From NCBI GenBank assembly GCA_900317935.1, contig ONIU01000004.1:2139-66138 (forward strand): DNA of 64,000 nucleotides. Direction: 5' to 3'. Each line of letters starts with the position of its first letter. The first letter of the stretch is position 1. Below, in pieces: positions 53,271 through 61,210 of this stretch. This DNA comes from an uncultured bacterium. Its GTDB lineage: Bacteria > Muiribacteriota > Ozemobacteria > Ozemobacterales > Ozemobacteraceae. The notes under the pieces were generated by a model. The model searched no databases. It was not told the DNA's origin and saw only the letters and a program-made list of their open reading frames with translations. The position numbers and the translations under genes were made by a program.

Positions 53271-53678
53271 CTTTTTCTTAAGGTTTCTCATGTTTTTAAC
53301 GTTTTCGTCTTTATCTGGTGAGAGACCTTCTTTTTGGGCTTTAATTACCAGTTTATTCTCTATTTGTTCAAAAATCTGCTTATCTAATAGAATCTTAGCT
53401 GGTTTTATATAATAGTTTAATGCTTGCATAATAAGGAAGTCTCTGTCGAAAGCAGAAAGACCTTTTTGTGAACAGATCTGTTTTAATAATTCCATTTCAT
53501 CAGAGGGTATTTCCTCAAATGGGTCTTTGTTTGATTTTCTTGGATTACTGTAAAAGTAGAGAATGATAGTAAATAATATAAAAGGCAAAAATAGATAAAT
53601 AATCACATCGACACTGAACTCTGGTCGGTTAAAATACTCTTTCAATGAAATTAGAAATAGTTTCCCACTTATTTTCAT
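53262..53678 (-). CDS. hypothetical membrane-anchored protein
   Basis: 138 aa with an N-terminal hydrophobic region. 3' end overlaps dtd by 9 nt. Confidence 0.55.
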   Translation of the reverse strand: MKISGKLFLISLKEYFNRPEFSVDVIIYLFLPFILFTIILYFYSNPRKSNKDPFEEIPSDEMELLKQICSQKGLSAFDRDFLIMQALNYYIKPAKILLDKQIFEQIENKLVIKAQKEGLSPDKDENVKNMRNLKKKLF

Positions 53679-53689
53679 ACGATAATTGA

Positions 53690-56185
53690 TTATATCAGCT
53701 TATAGCTGAGCTCCTTGACTAAATCGCGTATTTTGGATGAATTATCTTTTCTTAAAATAGCCATATATGGTGAAAGCAATTGCGGATTAATACGAGATAT
53801 GGCTTTTATTGAATTAAATCTTACTATATCATTTTTATCTTGCATATAAGGATAAGTTAGCGGGAGGTACATCGGATTCCCAATTTCACCTATTGCCCAT
53901 AATGCACTTGCACGCATATTTTCATCAGAATCTTTAAGCATGTTCTGAAGTATACCGGTAACATTATATTTACCAAATTTGCAAATCCCAACAATTGCAT
54001 TTGCTCTGATTCTATTGTTAGAGTCTTCCAAGTATGGCAGGAAAATTCTTGTTACAGTATTATCACCTAAGCTGGCGATTGCTTCTATGGTATTAGCTCT
54101 TACACGAGCATCAGGATCATTAAAACAGTTTATAAGATGCTTGATTACTTCTTTTTCTCCAACCATTCCAAGAGTTTTTACTATGGCAGCTCTTACTTTT
54201 TTAGATGGGTCTTTCATTGCAGCAATCAATGCCTGCTGGCCTTTTTCATCTACTTGAATACTTTCTAATAATAATGCTGCTTTTAATCTTGTTTGAGGGT
54301 CATAGGAACGCAAATCGCTAATAACTTCGTCTGCAAAGTTTGTATCTATTTTTTGGATAGCCTGTGCTGCTAATTTGCGAACTTCAGGCTTCATGTTGTT
54401 ATAATTGATTTTGTATCGTTCTTTGGTTATGGTAGCAATTTCTTGTTTTGCATAGTTTCTAAGTTCTGGGTTTTCACTATTTATATATCTAATTAAATAA
54501 GAATATAGCCTATTTGGATCAATTTTTGATTTTAAAGATTGTAAAATATAAAAGACAATTTCTTCATTCGGGTCTTCTAAAGATTCTAATGCAATTTGAT
54601 CAGAATTAATTGAATGGTCATTTATCAAGCTTCTAATAGCCGCTTTCCTTACTTCTGGGGCAGGGTCTTTTGCGTAATTTCTGAGTATATCTACATAACC
54701 AGCAAGTTTCATTTGTGCACAAATTTCTATTGCTGCTGCTCTAACACCAGGATCGCTATCACGTAAAAACTTTTCTATCGATATGTTATGGTATCTTGTT
54801 ACTAGGTTTTTACGAAATACATCAGAATCTTCTGGATCATTAAATGCATTAGAAAGTTTAATGGCTAAACGCCAGAGTGTTTCATCTGCTCTTGCCGTTA
54901 GTGAGCCCAATAAAATGGAACCAAAAGAGGGTTCTGTTTTTATGAGCCAGGAATAAAGATCATACTTATCTTCAAAAGACCAATCTTTTAACAAATAATA
55001 TGTTTCAAAAAAATCTTTGTTTACTAAATCTTGAAAGAATGGTTGTAATAGTTCATGGTTATAATTACAAATTTCAAAAAATATTTTTCTTGCGGCTTTG
55101 AAATAATCTTCTGGAATGTCATCTTTTGCTTGCATAACCATAACAATCTGCTTTTCCCAGATTTTTACAAGATTATATAAAGATGCTCTATTCAGTTCGT
55201 TATTGTCTTTTAATCTTTTATTCGTATTCTTTATTAGATCTATAAGACAGTTTGTAGCTAATTCTCTTAATTCATTGGAAGAATCTTTTAAAAGCCCAAA
55301 AATACAATCATAACAATATGGGTCTGCATGCTTTAATAAATTCGGAAGAACTTTTATTTTATATTTTGAGTCATCTAAAGAAATGATAAATTTTAATGTA
55401 TCTAGAATGGATTCTTTCTGTCTAGATATAATTACTTGGTCAATAAGGTTAGTTAAGCCTTCGGTTCCATATTTTGTTATATATATTTCTGTATATTTTA
55501 TTAGCTCTTTAAACTGGAATTCATTTAACAGTTCTACCATTTTTTCTTTATTTGAAATAGGAGCATTTGGGAAATAACCTAAATAAAGAGGTATGAAATC
55601 AGGTCTGTTAAATTTAATTAAAGAAGAAAAGTAAAAATCTTTTATGAGAGGATCGCTTTGAGAAAAATTACTTTTTAATATGTCAAAGAAATCCAATTCT
55701 TCCATTAATGAGACGATTTCAAAATATAACTGGGAATTTTTATCATCTGGTACACAGCGAAGAAGCGCACCCAAAGTTTCATTATCTGGAAGTCTAGATA
55801 AATGATTATTTATGATTTGTTTTAATGAATCATTTTCTTTATCCAATAATTTAACTAAGACATCTATACATTCAGAAGTGCCTATTTCATATAATGCGTC
55901 AATAACGCCTTTTTTTATTTCTGCATCATCTTTTTTTAATAGTTTTTGAAATAAAGGTAAAGCTTCTTCAGTTCCTCTATGACCTAAAATGCTTATTAAA
56001 GCAAGCTTGGTTTCTTTTGAAACATCTCTCGAATTTAATGCATCAAGTAATAATGAATCGCAGTCTTCACCTGTATTGTCTAATAATTCACGATAAGCTG
56101 CTTTGCTGACTTCTGAGTTATCTGAATTAAGCTCGTTTATAAGAATATGAGCTTCTTTGTGTTTTTGAAATAGTGACCAAATCAT
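53690..56185 (-). CDS. HEAT-repeat protein (PBS-lyase-type repeats), 831 aa
   Basis: Repeated D-x-[DN]-x-x-V-R-x-x-A-x-x-x-L units (DPDARVRANTIEAI, DSNNRIRANAIVGI, DSDENMRASALWAIGEIG). Confidence 0.8.
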   Translation of the reverse strand: MIWSLFQKHKEAHILINELNSDNSEVSKAAYRELLDNTGEDCDSLLLDALNSRDVSKETKLALISILGHRGTEEALPLFQKLLKKDDAEIKKGVIDALYEIGTSECIDVLVKLLDKENDSLKQIINNHLSRLPDNETLGALLRCVPDDKNSQLYFEIVSLMEELDFFDILKSNFSQSDPLIKDFYFSSLIKFNRPDFIPLYLGYFPNAPISNKEKMVELLNEFQFKELIKYTEIYITKYGTEGLTNLIDQVIISRQKESILDTLKFIISLDDSKYKIKVLPNLLKHADPYCYDCIFGLLKDSSNELRELATNCLIDLIKNTNKRLKDNNELNRASLYNLVKIWEKQIVMVMQAKDDIPEDYFKAARKIFFEICNYNHELLQPFFQDLVNKDFFETYYLLKDWSFEDKYDLYSWLIKTEPSFGSILLGSLTARADETLWRLAIKLSNAFNDPEDSDVFRKNLVTRYHNISIEKFLRDSDPGVRAAAIEICAQMKLAGYVDILRNYAKDPAPEVRKAAIRSLINDHSINSDQIALESLEDPNEEIVFYILQSLKSKIDPNRLYSYLIRYINSENPELRNYAKQEIATITKERYKINYNNMKPEVRKLAAQAIQKIDTNFADEVISDLRSYDPQTRLKAALLLESIQVDEKGQQALIAAMKDPSKKVRAAIVKTLGMVGEKEVIKHLINCFNDPDARVRANTIEAIASLGDNTVTRIFLPYLEDSNNRIRANAIVGICKFGKYNVTGILQNMLKDSDENMRASALWAIGEIGNPMYLPLTYPYMQDKNDIVRFNSIKAISRINPQLLSPYMAILRKDNSSKIRDLVKELSYKLI

Positions 56186-58635
56186 TTGGGAGCTGCTGGC
56201 TTAGCCGTTAAGACTGCCATAACCTCCTTACGGACATTTTCATCTGGGTCAAACCTTAATGGTCTGATGTACGGGGCTAAAAGATAGGGTGGAGCAATTT
56301 TAGCAAGTGCGACTATGACATTCCTTCTTACATCTGCATCCGGATCTCTTAAAACTGAGAGAAGCAATGTAAAAAATCTGGTGTCCTTTAATTCGCCCAA
56401 GGCAAAAACAGCTGAGGCTCTCATCCATTTATCCTGATTTCTCATCATATTAATTACTGCTTCATAAATCTGGTAATAGCCAAGTTTCCAAAGAGTAATG
56501 ATTGTATTGCCTCTGACACGGTTGTTGTCATCATATAAACAAGGCAAAATGTCGTTTATAAGTGATTGGTCACCAACAAATTGCATTGCTTCAACAGCAT
56601 TGGCTCTAACTCTATCATCCTGGTCTTTTAGATAACTTACAAGCATACCAGCAACTGATGGACCACCAATCTTGCCTAATCCCATAATGACAACTGCTCT
56701 GACTTGCGGGTCTGGGTCAGTAATGGCAACAATCAGATTTGTTTTTAATTCTGGTGGAATAAAATCGCAAAGTATTTCAAGAATTTTAGCTGACAAAACT
56801 CTGACTCGTTGGTCTGAAGCAGAGAGGTCTCTTGTAATGTCTTCCATGAAGGTCGGATCCATCTTGATTAAAGATGTGCCAATTGCTAATCTGGTTTCAT
56901 CATTCATTTTATCAAAACCAGACATGTATTTCCTTCGGGTTATAAATGCTATAGCTTTATGAGCAGCAATTTTTACGTCATTGACAGTTGAAGTCATCAG
57001 CTTTGACAAAGAACCGATAATTGCTGGATGATCTCTTTCTTTTAATTTTTCTATTGTTTGTAGAACGATGTTGGAATCAGTATCTTTCAACAGTTTTAAA
57101 AGCATTTCTGTTCCAGCTTCATTTTTAAAATGCGGCAAATCAAGAATCTTTAAAATGTTTTCTCTGACTATGTAATCAGGGTCTCGCAACTTGGTTTCGA
57201 TGATTTGCAAAGCATTTTGAGAGCCAGATTCCCCTAAAATCCAAAGAATTCTTGAACGCAATTCTGGGTCCTGGTGGTAAAGAACTTCAGTAACAAATCT
57301 CTGTAGACGTGGGTCCATCATGAGATTTATTACTTCTGTCTGAAGGTTGTGGGGTACCTCCATAAAATGTTCAAGAAGTAAAGTGTTTAATGTTTCAATA
57401 ATGTAGTTTTCTGTAGGGTCTGACAGAATTTTTAATGCAGTTTTGCCTGTTTCTTCGTCTTTGTAGCAACATGCATCAATAAGCAGATTCTTTCTTTCTT
57501 CTGGCTTTAACCCTCTAAGGAAGCTTTTGACATAATTTTCATTGTATTTGTACAATTTTGCAAAATTTCTCAGAATGACGTCTGGCAGATATTTCCCAAG
57601 GCGCAAAAGACACTCTGTTAGAGTTTTTATACACTGAAAATGTCGTTCTGTAAGATTCTTTTCTAATGGGTCAGTAAAGTATTTTACTTTGTCTAAGACT
57701 TCTTTGCTTTTTAATTGCTCAGGAGTCATTGCTTCTAACTCATCGCAGAATGTTTTAACTATCTTGCTTATTGTGTCAGAAACTATTGGTGGTATAGCCT
57801 TATAAGGGTCTAGAATGAAACTGAATAAATATGGGTAAGAAATTGGGTCAGAAAGCTGTTCTGTTAAATGCAGAATATTTTGTCTATAACCGTCTGATTT
57901 TTTCCCTAAGCCTTCAAATACTTTCTGGAAGAAAGCATCGCCATGACGTTGTAAACATTTAAATACTGAATATCTCATAGAAGGAGATATTGCAGGCATA
58001 GATTTTACACAGAGATCTAAGAATTCTGGACTTTTTATCTTGTCAACATGCTTGGTAAATTCAACTTGAAGAATTTTCTTTTCTTCTTTTTTTGATTCAA
58101 CCGTTTCATCTTTCATTATTTCAATGAAGATAGGAAAAGTTTTTGGATTCTGTAGCATTACTATTTCTTCCAGATATAGAATCTGTTCTTTTATTGAGAA
58201 CTGATTCCATTGCTGAAGAAGCATGCTCAAAAGCCCTGATTTTTCGATACCGAACTGTATTGTTTTGTGAATTCCTATATCAGAGGTTTTGGAAAGACAT
58301 TCTGTAACAGCTTTTAAATTATCGCTGTTTACTGCTGATAATATTTCTTTGAAAGTTTCTCTGTAAACTGGGTCAGGATATTTTATCAGAGTTAAGATTA
58401 GCCTTAAGTCCTGTTCACTTAATATATCGTTTTTGGCTGCAAAAATTTCTAGGATTGAAAGACGTACATCACTATTTTCAGTAGATTCAAATTTATTGAC
58501 AAGAAATTCTATATGAGAAGAATTCAGGCAAGTAATAAACTCGTCTTTTGCTTTGTCAGATACTTTTTTATCCCTCTGAATAAGCCTTGAAAAGACTTCT
58601 TCAGGGTCTTTTATCTTTTTTGTGAACCAACCCAT
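56182..58635 (-). CDS. HEAT-repeat protein (PBS-lyase-type repeats), 817 aa
   Basis: DPDPQVRAVVIMGLGKIG, DQDDRVRANAVEAM, DDNNRVRGNTIITLWKLG, DPDADVRRNVIVALAKI. Stop overlaps the downstream start (ATGA at 56185-56182). Confidence 0.8.
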   Translation of the reverse strand: MGWFTKKIKDPEEVFSRLIQRDKKVSDKAKDEFITCLNSSHIEFLVNKFESTENSDVRLSILEIFAAKNDILSEQDLRLILTLIKYPDPVYRETFKEILSAVNSDNLKAVTECLSKTSDIGIHKTIQFGIEKSGLLSMLLQQWNQFSIKEQILYLEEIVMLQNPKTFPIFIEIMKDETVESKKEEKKILQVEFTKHVDKIKSPEFLDLCVKSMPAISPSMRYSVFKCLQRHGDAFFQKVFEGLGKKSDGYRQNILHLTEQLSDPISYPYLFSFILDPYKAIPPIVSDTISKIVKTFCDELEAMTPEQLKSKEVLDKVKYFTDPLEKNLTERHFQCIKTLTECLLRLGKYLPDVILRNFAKLYKYNENYVKSFLRGLKPEERKNLLIDACCYKDEETGKTALKILSDPTENYIIETLNTLLLEHFMEVPHNLQTEVINLMMDPRLQRFVTEVLYHQDPELRSRILWILGESGSQNALQIIETKLRDPDYIVRENILKILDLPHFKNEAGTEMLLKLLKDTDSNIVLQTIEKLKERDHPAIIGSLSKLMTSTVNDVKIAAHKAIAFITRRKYMSGFDKMNDETRLAIGTSLIKMDPTFMEDITRDLSASDQRVRVLSAKILEILCDFIPPELKTNLIVAITDPDPQVRAVVIMGLGKIGGPSVAGMLVSYLKDQDDRVRANAVEAMQFVGDQSLINDILPCLYDDNNRVRGNTIITLWKLGYYQIYEAVINMMRNQDKWMRASAVFALGELKDTRFFTLLLSVLRDPDADVRRNVIVALAKIAPPYLLAPYIRPLRFDPDENVRKEVMAVLTAKPAAPK

Positions 58636-58805
58636 AAATATTAACTCTTGAAACTTTGCTTATTTTTATATCGACACAAGATTATACCATTATACAGTAA
58701 ATCTATAATAATATAAATTATTATTGCAACTTTTTAAAGAATATTTACAAGTTTTATAAACTTTGATATAGTAATTTCATAATACTTTAAAGCGAGGCAA
58801 TTATC

Positions 58806-59045
58806 GTGTGGTTTATTAAAAAAATATTTTGGATGCTAGTACTTCCTTTCGTTGCTCTTACTGGTGTATTGATGTTCGCTTTTCCAGAAGAAATGAAGGA
58901 ATTTAAAAAAGATTTGGTCGATATGATTGAAGAATCTTGGCTGAGATGGATAGGCTTTGGAATGTTTATCGTAGCCATGACTCATCTTGTTAAGATATTT
59001 GACGGTAAACACACTATCGTTAGATTAGGCGACCCCAATAATTAA
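58806..59045 (+). CDS. small two-TM membrane protein
   Basis: 79 aa. GTG start 9 nt after GAGG. Candidate promoter TTTACA-17-TATAGT at 58744-58772. Confidence 0.5.
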   Translation: MWFIKKIFWMLVLPFVALTGVLMFAFPEEMKEFKKDLVDMIEESWLRWIGFGMFIVAMTHLVKIFDGKHTIVRLGDPNN

Positions 59046-59716
59046 TCTTCCCAGGAAGAAACTTCTACTCTGTAAGATTTCACATTTACAGGTGGATTCT
59101 TTATAGGGATTTCAAACAGAGAGCTTTCATTCGGGTATAAAACCTTATAAATATCTCGTAAGGTACCATATTCAGAACGAAGCTCTCTGTTGTTTCTATC
59201 CAATAATCTTGTTCTCAGATTTATTTTCTGTTTCTTTTTATCAGAAACATTCTTTAGTGTACCCACAACATACAATGTTCCCAGCTCAATATAGCTATCA
59301 ATTCTTGTTATAGCAAATGTGGGTTTTATATCTGCTGTTACAACAGCTTTTAAAACTTCATCTCTTTTTCCTGTTGTATAATCTCCTATAACACAGTCAT
59401 CATAAAGTTGCCAGAGAGCCATATTCATTGGTTCTAGCCTGAGAGCTGTTCTAAATGCTTCTATAGCATCTTTGTAATTGCCGTTATTCATTTTTTCTAG
59501 TCCGGTTTTGGCTAATGGCAGAGCAGGACTAGTAGAAGCTAGGTTTGCTATTAACATTTCTTCTGAACCACTTGTAGCAAAAAGAGTCTTTGGACCTTCC
59601 TCGAAAGTTGGTGATGCAAAAACTTTTCTGCCGTTGTTTATAGTATACTCTTGTGCTAAACAACTGCTACAGGCTAATAATGACAGTACAATGGCAGATA
59701 GTATAGGTTTTTGCAT
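59042..59716 (-). CDS. hypothetical exported protein with one TPR-like unit
   Basis: Signal peptide MQKPILSAIVLSLLACSSCLA, and YKDAIEAFRTALRLEP. Confidence 0.6.
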   Translation of the reverse strand: MQKPILSAIVLSLLACSSCLAQEYTINNGRKVFASPTFEEGPKTLFATSGSEEMLIANLASTSPALPLAKTGLEKMNNGNYKDAIEAFRTALRLEPMNMALWQLYDDCVIGDYTTGKRDEVLKAVVTADIKPTFAITRIDSYIELGTLYVVGTLKNVSDKKKQKINLRTRLLDRNNRELRSEYGTLRDIYKVLYPNESSLFEIPIKNPPVNVKSYRVEVSSWED

Positions 59717-59726
59717 TTCTTTTTCC

Positions 59727-60488
59727 TTATCCTAATACAGAAAGCTTTTTGTTAAAGGCTTCCAATATTATTTCATAAAAACTTTCATAGCCGTATATGA
59801 TTATGCCCTCATGTAGCATAGTGTAAGCAGCTAGACCTGCTTCGTTTTCTTCTTCACTTAACATGCCTAGTAAAGTCTCTTTGTCAACAACCATGCTTGT
59901 TACGGCAATGTTCTTGTTTGAAGGCAACATCGCTGTTATTTCAGTTTCTAAAATACTTTCGTCAAATTGTTCGTCTGATTTAATGAAAAAGAAATCAATT
60001 GTTGACTGAAAATCTTGTATTATTTCTGTGTTTTTCTGTTCAGGTAAGTGTTCTGAATCAGTAATCATATTCTCTTTGGCTGTTTCTTTACATAATGTTT
60101 TTAAAGAATCTGGCGAAATCAATATTGCAGAAGATATTTTCCCTTTAACTTTTGTTTTTAATAATTGAACTATTTTTTTTAATAATTTACCGCCGTCTGC
60201 TAGAGACTTTGTAAATTGTTCTGTTGTCTGAGCAGCGCCTAGGGCAAGCAGATCAGCAGTCATAGGGTTCTCTGCATTTAATGCACAGAGCTTAGCTTTG
60301 CCTTGCGGAAGAATCTGTACAATGTTTTGCTGATTTAACAGATGAATTCTGTTGTACGTTGTTCCGTAGGGCAGTTTGAGTTTCTGTGAAAGTTGATGAA
60401 TAGATAACACCCCATCAGGTGAGTCCATAAAAGCTTTTGAAATGTCTATGTTTGTTTGCATAATGTGGATATTATATATGAAATACAT
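59727..60488 (-). CDS. hypothetical protein with N-terminal winged-helix-like DNA-binding segment
   Basis: LSIHQLSQKLKLPYGTTYNRIHLL resembles a wHTH. Alternative start at ATG 60461 (MQTNID...). Confidence 0.5.
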   Translation of the reverse strand: MYFIYNIHIMQTNIDISKAFMDSPDGVLSIHQLSQKLKLPYGTTYNRIHLLNQQNIVQILPQGKAKLCALNAENPMTADLLALGAAQTTEQFTKSLADGGKLLKKIVQLLKTKVKGKISSAILISPDSLKTLCKETAKENMITDSEHLPEQKNTEIIQDFQSTIDFFFIKSDEQFDESILETEITAMLPSNKNIAVTSMVVDKETLLGMLSEEENEAGLAAYTMLHEGIIIYGYESFYEIILEAFNKKLSVLG

Positions 60489-60949
60489 CGAATTATCAAT
60501 TTATTGTTAACACTCACCACTTATCTCTCATCAGACAATTTGCTTACCCGTATTCTTTTGGGTTAACGTTAATAGCCAACAATATTCGAGTGCAACGCTT
60601 CGCTGTTATACACTTCATTGTGGGACGATCGCTTTCGCAATCTGTGGTAATTGTCAGCAGGACAGAGACGCAAAACCTTCTGTTCTCCGTACAAGGCTCG
60701 TTTCCTCAATGATTATTCGAAGGCAGAAATTTACAGAGATCGCGGAGGAGAATAAGATTGAGCAAGCGAAAGTCCGCCATATTTTTTGTAAAAAAATGGG
60801 TTAAAACTATTAGAATCGTTCGAATAGTTCAAGGTTCAAATAGTTCGATAAGATCAAAGATGGAGACATAAGATTTCTTGTAACTTGAATCTTGTAACTT
60901 GTAACTTGTCAATGTTTTTATTAAAAATAAATAATATTTTTTTTATCTC
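60489..60949. repeat. intergenic mosaic E
   Basis: Inverted GT-rich word at 60513-60540. Module R2 at 60595-60653. R1 copy 3 at 60660-60775. Module R3 at 60813-60847. Heptamers NNCTTGN x5 at 60875-60909. A/T-rich UP-like tract. Confidence 0.9.
60660..60775 (+). repeat. R1 structured repeat, copy 3 (most diverged)
   Basis: Aligns with copies 1 and 2. The inner helix is kept via G-U-compatible changes. The closing stem is reduced to GGAC/GTCC. Confidence 0.8.
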
Positions 60950-60978
60950 TTGACATTTCGTATATGGCAAGGTATAAT
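60950..60978 (+). promoter_or_regulatory. consensus sigma-70 promoter upstream of rpoB
   Basis: TTGACA (60950-60955), 17 nt spacer, TATAAT (60973-60978), preceded by an A/T-rich UP-like tract. Confidence 0.65.
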
Positions 60979-60984
60979 TGCTCA

Positions 60985-61146
60985 CCTATCGCGAAAAGGT
61001 TAAAGATTTTCACTTTTGGTTTTCGGAGAGAAGCCGGCTTGTTAGTTCTAATAAATAAAATTAAATCTTCCAGAAACCCATATATAAATAATTTAACTTC
61101 GTACAAAATACAGGTGTCTTAGTCACTAGACTTAGACGCCTGTTTT
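60985..61146 (+). ncRNA. candidate ~160-nt leader or small RNA ending at a terminator-like hairpin
   Basis: Bounded by the consensus promoter and the 61110-61146 hairpin. No known RNA family recognised. Confidence 0.3.
61110..61146 (+). terminator. terminator/attenuator hairpin in the rpoB leader
   Basis: 15-bp stem ACAGGTGTCTTAGTC (61110-61124) / GACTTAGACGCCTGT (61129-61143) with one mismatch and one G-U pair, followed by TTT. Confidence 0.55.
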
Positions 61147-61210
61147 CATATTTATATTTCGTTAGTTTCATTGTAACGATAATAGTAATGTTAAGGAGCA
61201 AGGCAGAAAA

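Noticed and set aside
60964-61122. A 52-codon ORF (MARYNCSPIAKRLKIF...) in the rpoB leader.
   Set aside because: Its ATG lies inside the spacer of the consensus promoter, so it would not be on the transcript. It has no RBS and runs through the terminator hairpin.
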